Virus record (IMG/VR): IMGVR_UViG_3300030419_000877
Coordinates: 1-56,082 of that record
Reading direction: 5' to 3' (one strand)
Length of the DNA: 56,082 bases
Origin: a virus
Taxonomy: Duplodnaviria; Caudoviricetes
Below are positions 1 to 8,720 of the stretch, piece after piece (within the stretch, counting starts at the first letter, position 1; each line of letters opens with the position of its first letter). Below the pieces are notes generated by a model. The model made no database searches, was not told the DNA's origin, and saw nothing but the letters and a program-made list of their open reading frames with translations. Both the position numbers and the translations under genes were made by a program.

Positions 1-63
1 ACAGTCGCTAAACTAAAAGCTGCTTGGGACACAAGCACATTGGGTACATCCCCATACGCATGA
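1..63 (+). CDS. 3' end of a truncated gene, probably tail-fibre assembly/chaperone protein
   Basis: Frame 1 reads TVAKLKAAWDTSTLGTSPYA*, followed by GAGG RBS of next gene; tail-fibre context. Confidence 0.5.
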   Translation, partial: TVAKLKAAWDTSTLGTSPYA

Positions 64-74
64 GGTAAATAAAT

Positions 75-599
75 ATGGCATTAACACAGGTTACAGGACG
101 AGGATTAGGTACTCAAACAACTTTAGCAGGTAACAATACCCTAGTATTGGATACTGATGGTATTATGACTAGACCTCTTCAACCTGCATTCTTAGTGCAA
201 CCTGCAAGTAGTTCTATGGACAATTTAGCTATTAACACAAGTCATACAATAGCCTATGGAACAGAAATATTTGACCAAAACGGAGATTTTTCATCTAATA
301 CTTTTACTGCTCCTGTTACTGGACGATACCAATTAAATGTCAATCTGTATATTTCACAAATAGACCATGATGTTACCTATTATCAACCACAAGTTAATAC
401 ATCAAATAGGACGTATTACTTTATAATAGGTACAAGTGGATATGATGCAGACGTAAATTATATGACTATAGGTTTTCATGTTCTTGCAGACATGGATGCA
501 AATGATACAGTAACAGTATCTTTTCCTACTCAAAATTCAGGAGCCGCACAAGTAGATTTAGGTACAGACTCTTACTTTTCTGGCTATCTAGTAGCCTAA
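75..599 (+). CDS. C1q-like domain tail fibre/adhesin protein
   Basis: PAF...FDQNGDFSSNTFTAPVTGRYQL...SYFSGYLV matches the C1q/TNF-like pattern; GAGG RBS. Confidence 0.75.
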   Translation: MALTQVTGRGLGTQTTLAGNNTLVLDTDGIMTRPLQPAFLVQPASSSMDNLAINTSHTIAYGTEIFDQNGDFSSNTFTAPVTGRYQLNVNLYISQIDHDVTYYQPQVNTSNRTYYFIIGTSGYDADVNYMTIGFHVLADMDANDTVTVSFPTQNSGAAQVDLGTDSYFSGYLVA

Positions 600-638
600 T
601 ATGCCAATGCGAAATAACATATCTTAAAGGAGATTAAA

Positions 639-905
639 ATGGCAAAACTTACACTAACAGTAGAAGTAGATGATACTCAACAGACTATTCTAAAGAATGA
701 TTTGTTGGACATTAACACATGGGTTCAAGAAGCAATGACAGGTAAAATTAATAACTGTTGGAAAAGGATGCAATCTGAGTGGACAACTAAGCTAATGAAC
801 GACAGTTCTTTTACTGACCCAATCCCATCTAATCAAGCTGACTTTGTAAAGTTGGTAGTAGCAAGAAGTGATTACAAAAATCGTGCAGACAGAGAGAAAA
901 AGTAA
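639..905 (+). CDS. Small hypothetical protein accompanying the C1q-like fibre (possible chaperone)
   Basis: AAGGAG RBS, 88 aa ORF, position. Confidence 0.6.
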   Translation: MAKLTLTVEVDDTQQTILKNDLLDINTWVQEAMTGKINNCWKRMQSEWTTKLMNDSSFTDPIPSNQADFVKLVVARSDYKNRADREKK

Positions 906-1370
906 ATGCCCTATATAGGAAAAGCACCCAACCAAGGAATACGAAGCAGGTTCGTGTACCAAGCGACAGCAGGACAGACAACCTTTAGTGGTTCTGACTC
1001 TAACGCACTTACGCTGACATACGCAGACGGTGAGTACGTAGACGTATATCAGAATGGTATTCTACTTAAACCTGCCACAGACTACACAGCTACATCAGGT
1101 ACAACAGTCGTTTTGACTACAGGTGCTTCAGCTAATGACGTTGTAGAGATATTAGCTTACGACACATTCAGCATAGCCAACAGCTACACCAAAACAGAAG
1201 CAGACGACAGATACCCTTTTTTAGGGAACAACTCAATTATAAGAACAAATGGTCAGACAGTCAGCACTGACATAGAAATCAGCAGTACAACTAACGGATT
1301 GTCAGCAGGTCCTGTGACCATCGGAAGTAGCTCAACCGTTACAGTTAGTGGATATTGGACAATACTATGA
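906..1370 (+). CDS. Tail fibre adaptor-like protein (MxYIG type), paralogue of 55142..55591
   Basis: MPYIG start, VDVYQNGILL..DY motif, C-terminal RTNGQT...GPVTI...IL shared with 55142. Confidence 0.65.
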   Translation: MPYIGKAPNQGIRSRFVYQATAGQTTFSGSDSNALTLTYADGEYVDVYQNGILLKPATDYTATSGTTVVLTTGASANDVVEILAYDTFSIANSYTKTEADDRYPFLGNNSIIRTNGQTVSTDIEISSTTNGLSAGPVTIGSSSTVTVSGYWTIL

Positions 1371-1756
1371 CATCAAAATTACAAGTAGACTCATTAGAAG
1401 GTAGAACAACAAAGGGTAGTATAGTTGTTATGGGGGAGTCTAATGGAAAGACTACCAATTTACAGCAGGGATTGGCTAAGTATTGGGGAGCAGGAGTTGC
1501 GGCAGGAACTTCTATAGAGGACTCTTTTAATATAGGCAGTTTGACAGATACTCAAGCAGGGGTTCAAAGATGGAACTATACTAATCCTATGAATAGCGAA
1601 GAATATTCAGCGTTTAACTCTTCCACAGCAGGAGGAGCTAATGCAGACACAATATGGAATGAAAAAACAACAACTTATCAAGATATAAATTTCCATGACG
1701 ATAGTTCGTATGCTGATAATAGGTCAAATGTAGGTGGATTTGGAGATTTAGCATAA
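1367..1756 (+). CDS. Small fibre-head/adhesin paralogue (TTNLQQGLAK family)
   Basis: ATGA overlap with upstream gene; TTNLQQGLAK...DSFNIGSLTD...GDLA. Confidence 0.7.
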   Translation: MTSKLQVDSLEGRTTKGSIVVMGESNGKTTNLQQGLAKYWGAGVAAGTSIEDSFNIGSLTDTQAGVQRWNYTNPMNSEEYSAFNSSTAGGANADTIWNEKTTTYQDINFHDDSSYADNRSNVGGFGDLA

Positions 1757-2238
1757 TGGCAAGTAAAATAGAAGTAGATGAAATATTCAACGCAGGTGGA
1801 GACAATGACACAGGCATTGACCTTGCGACTAATGACCAGATATTGCTGAAGGTAGCCAATGCTACTCGCCTAACCATGAACGCTACAGGACAGACCACTA
1901 TCGTTGGAGAGGGTGGTACAACTACTACTAATATGCAACAAGGATTGGCTAAAGGATTTATATGTGTAGACGTATCAGCAGGAGCAGCTTTTTCTTCTGA
2001 CGATAGTTTTAATATAGGTTCAGTAACTGATAATGGCACAGGCAATTTTGGATTAGCATTTACAAATAATATGGCAACTATTAGATACAACTGCCCCGGA
2101 GGATGTTATACAGCTACTGGTCATACAGTTGGAGTAACAGCAGAAGCTACAACAGGAACTCAGATGCGACCATCAGACAACGGTGGTAGTGGCAGTGATG
2201 TAGATTCATACATGGCATTTATAGGGACTATGGCATAA
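1756..2238 (+). CDS. Small fibre-head/adhesin paralogue (TTNLQQGLAK family)
   Basis: TAATG overlap; TTNMQQGLAK...DSFNIGSVTDNGTG...GTMA. Confidence 0.7.
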   Translation: MASKIEVDEIFNAGGDNDTGIDLATNDQILLKVANATRLTMNATGQTTIVGEGGTTTTNMQQGLAKGFICVDVSAGAAFSSDDSFNIGSVTDNGTGNFGLAFTNNMATIRYNCPGGCYTATGHTVGVTAEATTGTQMRPSDNGGSGSDVDSYMAFIGTMA

Positions 2239-2642
2239 TGGCATCAACACTTAAACTTAATACACTAACAGGAGCAAGTACAGCAGGATCAATCTCTGTG
2301 ACAGGCGAAGGGAATAGCACCACGACTAATCTGCAACAAGGGTTGGCTAAACAGTGGGCATTTTATAATCAAACAACACCTGCTGTTGGGGATAGTTTTA
2401 ACACGACATCAATTACCGATGCTTCTACAGGTCTTCAAACAATAAATTTTACTAATAGTATGAATAGTACAAATTTTGCTACATCTGGTGTTTCTGTAGA
2501 TATAGGGTCAGCAAACTTAGCCACAAGTGGGCGTGTGACTTTTGCTACAGGTAACTATCAATTAAACTCTCTTAACCTTGCAAACAATTCAAGAGTAGAC
2601 CCAGATGATGCATCATTTATAGCATTTGGAGATTTAGCATGA
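2238..2642 (+). CDS. Small fibre-head/adhesin paralogue (TTNLQQGLAK family)
   Basis: TAATG overlap; TTNLQQGLAK...DSFNTTSITD...GDLA. Confidence 0.7.
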   Translation: MASTLKLNTLTGASTAGSISVTGEGNSTTTNLQQGLAKQWAFYNQTTPAVGDSFNTTSITDASTGLQTINFTNSMNSTNFATSGVSVDIGSANLATSGRVTFATGNYQLNSLNLANNSRVDPDDASFIAFGDLA

Positions 2643-3790
2643 GCAAAGCAGCAGAATTAGCAAACCTTATAGGCAACATCAACGCAGGTGGTGGTGGAGT
2701 AAACAGGAATGTCATCATCAATGGAAATATGAACGTGGCACAGAGACAGGTGTCAAGCACAGGATTGGGTGGTAGTGATGGGTACTTTACCTGTGACAGA
2801 TGGAGACACGTTTTTAATACATCAGGTAGGCTTACTTCAACACAAGATAGCTCTGCACCAAGTGGCTTTGCTAATAGTCTAAAATTTGCTTGTACTACTG
2901 CTGACACATCAATAGCCGCAGGTGAATATATGTTTCTTTCACAAAGAATAGAAGGTCAAAACGTACAAGCGTTTGCCAAAGGAACGTCAGACGCTAAACC
3001 TTTTGCTGTAAGTTTTTGGGTAAAAGGAAATGCAAGTGCTACTTATGTGTGTGAGTTATATGATTCAGATAATACAAGACAAATATCAAAAACATTCAAT
3101 GTAACAACAGATTGGACACGAATAGAATTAAGTTTTCCTGCTGATACTACAGGTGCATTGGATGATGATAATGCACGAAGTTTTGATTTAACAATATGGC
3201 TTCATGCAGGAACTACTTATACTTCTGGAACTCTTAATTCTTCTGCATGGGCATCTAACACAAATGCTAACAGAGCCGTAGGTATATCCTCATTTTTTGA
3301 CAGCACAGACAGAACTTTTTTTCTCACAGGCGTTCAGTTAGAAGTAGGGCAGAACCCAACAGAGTTTGAGCATGAGCCTTTTGCCGTTACTAGACATAAG
3401 TGCTTACGTTTTTATGAACACAACTACGAAGCAGGATATTACCCTGCTGATGGTGTAAATTATGCAAATACTGCTAGTCCCTTTTTGGGTAATTGTTATC
3501 ACGACAGTGGTGGAGGTGGTAAATATATATTAACCTATCATAAATTTGAAGTAGAAAAAAGAGCATCTCCAACTACGACAATGTATCGTGTAGCAGGTTT
3601 AGGTAATGGAAGCACTGCTAATAGATGGGATTGGTTTAATTACTCTGGAGGTTGGGACGAAACAGACGGTAACACAGAAGGTGGCGAAATTAGTTCTCAA
3701 CATCACGGAGCATTAGCAAGAGATACTGGAGCAGGGGTAGATGAAGCATTAAATATTGCAGGTGGTTGGGAAGCAGATGCAGAACTATAA
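2639..3790 (+). CDS. Tail fibre/receptor-binding protein with carbohydrate-binding-like domain
   Basis: RNVIINGNMNVAQR...DRW...TGVQLEVG..PTEFEH...CLRFY pattern typical of phage fibre proteins. Confidence 0.7.
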   Translation: MSKAAELANLIGNINAGGGGVNRNVIINGNMNVAQRQVSSTGLGGSDGYFTCDRWRHVFNTSGRLTSTQDSSAPSGFANSLKFACTTADTSIAAGEYMFLSQRIEGQNVQAFAKGTSDAKPFAVSFWVKGNASATYVCELYDSDNTRQISKTFNVTTDWTRIELSFPADTTGALDDDNARSFDLTIWLHAGTTYTSGTLNSSAWASNTNANRAVGISSFFDSTDRTFFLTGVQLEVGQNPTEFEHEPFAVTRHKCLRFYEHNYEAGYYPADGVNYANTASPFLGNCYHDSGGGGKYILTYHKFEVEKRASPTTTMYRVAGLGNGSTANRWDWFNYSGGWDETDGNTEGGEISSQHHGALARDTGAGVDEALNIAGGWEADAEL

Positions 3791-3799
3791 AGGTACAAG

Positions 3800-3964
3800 A
3801 TGAATATATCAGAAGCACAATACACAACGTCAAAGAAAAATATAATCAGAATAGTAGAAGGCTCTAACACTAGATTTGTTCCTGTTGACCCTAGCAATAG
3901 ACACTACGCAGAAATACTCGCACAAGTAAAGGCAGGTACACTTACTATTAAAGACGCAGACTAA
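3800..3964 (+). CDS. Small fibre-associated protein (54 aa, not in ORF track)
   Basis: MNISEAQY...FVPVDPSNRHYAEILAQVKAGTLTIKDAD*, AAGG RBS, TAATG overlap with next gene. Confidence 0.65.
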   Translation: MNISEAQYTTSKKNIIRIVEGSNTRFVPVDPSNRHYAEILAQVKAGTLTIKDAD

Positions 3965-4461
3965 TGTTTGACCCCATAACAATCTCAGCTAGTCTCAGCG
4001 TGGCTAGTGCGGCATTTTCCAATGTCAAGAGAATGTTCCAAGCAGGACGAGACTTGGAGAGTATGGCAGGGGACTTGTCACGGTGGATGGGAGCAGTCAG
4101 TGACATTGACAATGCTCACAAGTCAGCCAAGAACCCCACAATGTTTCGTAAGGTGTTTGGTGGGGGAACAGTAGAACAAGAAGCTATAGAAGCCTTTGCA
4201 GCAAAAAAGAAGTTACAGGAGCAAAGAGATGAACTAAAACAATTCCTAATGTTTACTCACGGAAGTAAATCATGGGACGAGTTGCTTCAAATGGAAGGGC
4301 AAATCCGTAAGAGAAGACAGAAGGAAGTGTACGATAAGCAACAATTTAGAGAAAAGGTCATAATGTATGTCGTACTTACAGTGGTTCTTGTTGTCGGTTT
4401 TGGTATTTTGGGTAGCTTTGTATACACACTTATGGGGTTTGACAGGGGTTGGTTCGGATAA
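3964..4461 (+). CDS. Hypothetical membrane-anchored coiled-coil protein
   Basis: MFDPITI start, C-terminal hydrophobic helix. Confidence 0.65.
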   Translation: MFDPITISASLSVASAAFSNVKRMFQAGRDLESMAGDLSRWMGAVSDIDNAHKSAKNPTMFRKVFGGGTVEQEAIEAFAAKKKLQEQRDELKQFLMFTHGSKSWDELLQMEGQIRKRRQKEVYDKQQFREKVIMYVVLTVVLVVGFGILGSFVYTLMGFDRGWFG

Positions 4462-4840
4462 CTGCGTAAGAAAAGAAGGTGGACAGTATACGTTTGAATA
4501 CTTATGTGCAGATAAATATGGTACAATACACTTAGCACAATCAGACAACATTAAGCAGTGCTTCACCTGTTTCCTAAAAAAGTTCAGTGATTGGACTTGG
4601 GAACAAGAGAAGCGACTAGGCATAAGAGAAGACCCCAAGTACATTACATGTCGTAGGTACAAGAGGAGAACAGCAAAGAACGGACAACAAGTCTGTTTAT
4701 ACAAAGGAGCAAACGATACATATACATTAGTGGTAGAAGGACAGTGCCCTGTAGAGTATCGTTGTAAGTATGATCCAGATGGTCAAGAACCCAATATAGA
4801 TAGTGTGTTAGATTCGCTTAACGATAGTTTTAAAAAGTAA
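4367..4840 (+). CDS. Cysteine-rich hypothetical protein (start uncertain)
   Basis: Eight Cys in the part downstream of 4461; fills the gap between plus-strand genes. Confidence 0.5.
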   Translation: MSYLQWFLLSVLVFWVALYTHLWGLTGVGSDNCVRKEGGQYTFEYLCADKYGTIHLAQSDNIKQCFTCFLKKFSDWTWEQEKRLGIREDPKYITCRRYKRRTAKNGQQVCLYKGANDTYTLVVEGQCPVEYRCKYDPDGQEPNIDSVLDSLNDSFKK

Positions 4841-4844
4841 CAGT

Positions 4845-5078
4845 ATGGAAATAGACCCAGTAATATTTTGGAATGTAATACTTACCCTTGTCATAGCTCC
4901 TGCTATATGGACATTTCGTAATGTAATGCTTGAAGTAAAACGAATAGACATACTACTCAATAGGACAAGAGAGGAATACGCATCAAGGTCTGAAGTAAAA
5001 GAAGAGATGCACGGAGTTATGGAAGCGTTACACAGACTAGAAGATAAACTAGACAGAGTATTGAGTAAGGATAAATAA
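4845..5078 (+). CDS. Small membrane protein with coiled-coil tail
   Basis: N-terminal TM segment, LHRLEDKLDRVL heptads, TAATG overlap. Confidence 0.6.
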   Translation: MEIDPVIFWNVILTLVIAPAIWTFRNVMLEVKRIDILLNRTREEYASRSEVKEEMHGVMEALHRLEDKLDRVLSKDK

Positions 5079-7468
5079 TGGCGATACCAAAGCACTTAAC
5101 AGAAAAGAATATACAAAGATTTGCAGGATTTACACCTCAACAGGTGCAAAAGATGTTAGAGTCAAAAGGGATAAGTCCTAACAGTCCTGAAGCTGCTGAA
5201 TACATTGCATCTATGGCGAATAGGGCTGAAGAGATGCTTCAAGCTAGTATGGGGAAAGATAAGTGGCATCAAGGGCAAGGGTTTCAGATGGGCGGTCAAG
5301 TCGGTGGCTTTGACCCTCAGTCCCAGAAACTATTTGACGCTGCAGTTAAAAGAGTTTCTAGCAATCAGCCTCAAACACCTGAGGTACAGAGATACCTTGA
5401 CAACGTGATTGAAACTCGTGGCAGACCTACTATGGTATTCCCTCACACGGCTGACCCACTGCAAAACGCTATGCCTCAACAGGGGTATCAACAGGGAGGT
5501 TTAACTCCACCAACTACTTCACCTCCTCTCCCAACAGGCGATATTGGTATACCACCATTCGGCAACAGAAGAGATCCATTGCCAACACCACCTACCACTA
5601 TACAACCAATAGTAGCAGACGTTAAGTCTAAGCTAAATGAGGCACAAGCACAGCTATCAACAGAGCAAGGTAAAGTTTCAGCCCTACAGCAACAACTAGC
5701 ACAGACACCTATTGAAGACGAAGAGGCTAGAAACAAAATAATTAATCAGATTAACCAATCTGCACCTAAGATAACACAAGCAGAGGCAGCAGTTGCTAAC
5801 GCTTCTCAAGCATTTCAATCATCTGCCATACCTACCGCTGCAGAAGCGGTGGGTTCTACTGTTTCAGCACCTGCAGACATAATTACAAGACAACCTGTAG
5901 ATCAACTAACAGCAACTACAGGACAAACTATTGACCCAACAACAGGGCAATTAACAGGCACTGTGACAGCAGAGGGTACACAGGCACGAACAACTACTGC
6001 TGACGCTCCAACACCAATGGTCTCGACACAAGCAGGTGTAACAACTACCGCACAAGACGTACAAGCTTTCACTCCTCAAGAACGCTTTGGAACAATATCA
6101 CAAAACGCTGTTGTAAATGCACAGCAACAAGCTACAGAAGATCTTAACATTAGAGATGTTTTAGCTTCTCAGGGTACAGGACAACAAATAACATCTCCTG
6201 CTAAAAGAGCATTAAACCAAGGAGAACTTGTCTCAGGGGCAGCCAACGCAGAACAATCCGCACAATTCCTAGAAGGTATTGAGGCAGCCACAGGAGCACC
6301 GTCTTCTGCCGCCACAGTTCAAGGACAACTAACCAACCTTATGTCCCAGTTTGAGGGAGGAGAGCCTCCACCTTGGGCTGCAGGAGCTATGAGACAAGCT
6401 ACGGCAATCATGGCACAACGAGGGTTGGCGGCAAGTTCTATGGCAGGACAAGCTATTGTTCAAGCTGCGATGGAAAGTGCGTTACCAATAGCTTTACAGG
6501 ATGCTCAGACTGTAGCACGATTTGAAGAACAAAACCTTAGTAATAGACAACAACGTGCAATGCTTTCAGCCCAACAGAGAGCACAGTTTCTTGGCATGGA
6601 GTTTGACCAGACGTTTCAGGCACGAGTACAAAACGCATCTAAGATATCTGATATAGCCAACATGAACTTTTCTGCAGAACAGCAGATAGCTCTTGAGAAC
6701 GCACAACTTGCTCAGACAGTAGATTTAGCTAACCTAAGCAACCGCCAAGCCGTGACAATGGCTCAGGCTTCTGCCATAGCTCAAGCTGATATGGCTAATT
6801 TGAGTAATAGACAACAGGCAGCGGTTCAAAATGCACAGAACTTCTTACAGATGGACATGCGTAATCTTGACATATCACAACAGGCAGATATGTTTAAGAA
6901 CCAATCGGTAATACAAAGTCTCTTTACAGACGCTTCAGCACAAAATGCCGCATCACAGTTCAACGCAACAAGTGATAATCAGACCAATCAGTTCTTTGCT
7001 AACCTTAGAAATCAAGTACAGCAGTTTAACTCTGCTCAATCTAACGCTATGAACCAGTTTAATGCTAAGGAAGAGAACGCATTAGAGATCTTTCAAGAGC
7101 AAATAAACAATCAACGTGACCAGTTTAACGCTCAAAACCAACTTGTTATAGCACAGGCTAACGCACAGTGGCGACAGCAACTAGCTACAATAAACAACGC
7201 AGCCCTTAATGAAGCCAACAGGCAGAATGCACTACAGGCAAACAACCTTACACAAAAAGGTCTTGACGAATTGTGGCAAAAAGAGCGTGACCTAATGGCT
7301 TACGCATTTGCTTCTGCAGAAAGTGCAGCAGGTAGACGACAAGAACTTATAACATTAGATATGAAGGGGGAGATATCAGGGGATAACGCATTTGGTTCAG
7401 CTTTGGGTGGCTTTGCAAGTGCTGTGGTTGGTGGTATATTTAGTAACCCTGCATACTTTTTTGGATAG
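5078..7468 (+). CDS. Internal virion (ejection) protein, Q/N/A-rich
   Basis: 796 aa, repeated NLSNRQ and QFNA segments, Gly-rich hydrophobic C-terminus, position after tail genes. Confidence 0.65.
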   Translation: MAIPKHLTEKNIQRFAGFTPQQVQKMLESKGISPNSPEAAEYIASMANRAEEMLQASMGKDKWHQGQGFQMGGQVGGFDPQSQKLFDAAVKRVSSNQPQTPEVQRYLDNVIETRGRPTMVFPHTADPLQNAMPQQGYQQGGLTPPTTSPPLPTGDIGIPPFGNRRDPLPTPPTTIQPIVADVKSKLNEAQAQLSTEQGKVSALQQQLAQTPIEDEEARNKIINQINQSAPKITQAEAAVANASQAFQSSAIPTAAEAVGSTVSAPADIITRQPVDQLTATTGQTIDPTTGQLTGTVTAEGTQARTTTADAPTPMVSTQAGVTTTAQDVQAFTPQERFGTISQNAVVNAQQQATEDLNIRDVLASQGTGQQITSPAKRALNQGELVSGAANAEQSAQFLEGIEAATGAPSSAATVQGQLTNLMSQFEGGEPPPWAAGAMRQATAIMAQRGLAASSMAGQAIVQAAMESALPIALQDAQTVARFEEQNLSNRQQRAMLSAQQRAQFLGMEFDQTFQARVQNASKISDIANMNFSAEQQIALENAQLAQTVDLANLSNRQAVTMAQASAIAQADMANLSNRQQAAVQNAQNFLQMDMRNLDISQQADMFKNQSVIQSLFTDASAQNAASQFNATSDNQTNQFFANLRNQVQQFNSAQSNAMNQFNAKEENALEIFQEQINNQRDQFNAQNQLVIAQANAQWRQQLATINNAALNEANRQNALQANNLTQKGLDELWQKERDLMAYAFASAESAAGRRQELITLDMKGEISGDNAFGSALGGFASAVVGGIFSNPAYFFG

Positions 7469-7476
7469 GATAATAA

Positions 7477-8157
7477 ATGGTAAAATCTAATACTATGGAC
7501 GCATACAATAATGGTGGGGATGCCCTCGCTAATGCAGCAGTTAAATTTGGTAAAGAGGGCATGGCTATTAATACTCAAACAGGGGATGAGATTAGCTTCG
7601 CTGAATCTATTTCACCACCTAATAGAGGTGTGATGTCTCCACCATCTATTCCAAAAGCAAAAGGTACAGACAGTGAAGTGGTAAAAGAAAGAACACTTAA
7701 AAACATGTTTGGTGGTGTAGTAGAGTCGTTGGCTATGGAATTAAAAAGTAAAGTAAAAATAGATAGAAAGGATTTAGTTGAAGTCTACTTTGACGTTGGT
7801 ACTTCTGCTAGTGAGATATTAAAGAAAACAGGATTACCTGTTACATATTTTTACGCAGCAAACATGGGAAACACAGAAGTAGAAAATGGTGTGTTTTTAG
7901 TACCTAGAGAAACATACAGAGAGATGGCTGAAGAGGGATTGTTAGAGGAGCAACCTAAAAGATCCTCCTTTGGTGCTATTGGTTTAGATAAAGTTATAGA
8001 AGGTGATCCCTTACATATTAGAGGAGAACAATATGGAGTTCCAGAAGGTTTTTATTTAGATCACGGAGTTGAAGGAGCTGCACACCAACCAATATTAAGA
8101 GATGAAAAAACTGGAAAAAGTCATGGTTTATTTAAAAGGGAGAGTATAGGAGATTAA
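7477..8157 (+). CDS. Hypothetical virion protein with degenerate LysM-like segment
   Basis: GTSASEILKKTGLPVTYFYAAN...GVFLVP resembles LysM spacing. Confidence 0.5.
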   Translation: MVKSNTMDAYNNGGDALANAAVKFGKEGMAINTQTGDEISFAESISPPNRGVMSPPSIPKAKGTDSEVVKERTLKNMFGGVVESLAMELKSKVKIDRKDLVEVYFDVGTSASEILKKTGLPVTYFYAANMGNTEVENGVFLVPRETYREMAEEGLLEEQPKRSSFGAIGLDKVIEGDPLHIRGEQYGVPEGFYLDHGVEGAAHQPILRDEKTGKSHGLFKRESIGD

Positions 8158-8159
8158 TT

Positions 8160-8720
8160 ATGGTAGAAGAAGTAACATTTGATGCTCCTATTCCGGGACA
8201 ATCACTCACAACAGAGCCAAAGGGCTATCCTTGGGAAAGACCTCCACAGATTGATGAACCAGAAGAAGCTATAAAGTTTTATATTAACAATATGTCCAAA
8301 CAAGAAGTTATGGACGATATATACACTGCATTAGACGAGGGGTTTCCTCTTGACTTGTTGGTTAAGTCCATACTTACAAATGGTGTTATGGAGGGTGTAC
8401 ACTCTATAGATTTAAGTTTGCTCATACATCCCCTGCTTGTTGAGTTTATTCACACTCAAGCAAAAGCAGCAGGAGTGAAAAAAATAGTGTTACGTGCAAA
8501 TAATCCAAGGGAAGAAATGGATAAGAAAGAAAAGCAGATGCTTGTGTCTCGTCTTCAGAGAGCTATTGATAAAGCGGAGAAAAAAGATGCAGGTACAGAT
8601 GTATTAGAAGAAACACAAACATTTTTAGAAGAAAACAGGGCAGAAGAACCTGTAGTTGAAGAAGAAGAGGCTGTGGTGGAGGAAAAGCCAATGGGTTTAA
8701 TGGCAAGGAGAGGTGAATAA
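8160..8720 (+). CDS. Conserved-type hypothetical virion protein
   Basis: APIPGQSLT.EP..YPWERPP motif, GGAG RBS, acidic tail ending GLMARR. Confidence 0.65.
   Translation: MVEEVTFDAPIPGQSLTTEPKGYPWERPPQIDEPEEAIKFYINNMSKQEVMDDIYTALDEGFPLDLLVKSILTNGVMEGVHSIDLSLLIHPLLVEFIHTQAKAAGVKKIVLRANNPREEMDKKEKQMLVSRLQRAIDKAEKKDAGTDVLEETQTFLEENRAEEPVVEEEEAVVEEKPMGLMARRGE

Noticed and set aside
906-2642. Diversity-generating retroelement or shufflon behind the paralogue array
   Set aside because: No reverse transcriptase, no near-identical template/variable repeat pair with adenine-specific differences, all copies in the same orientation and no adjacent invertase
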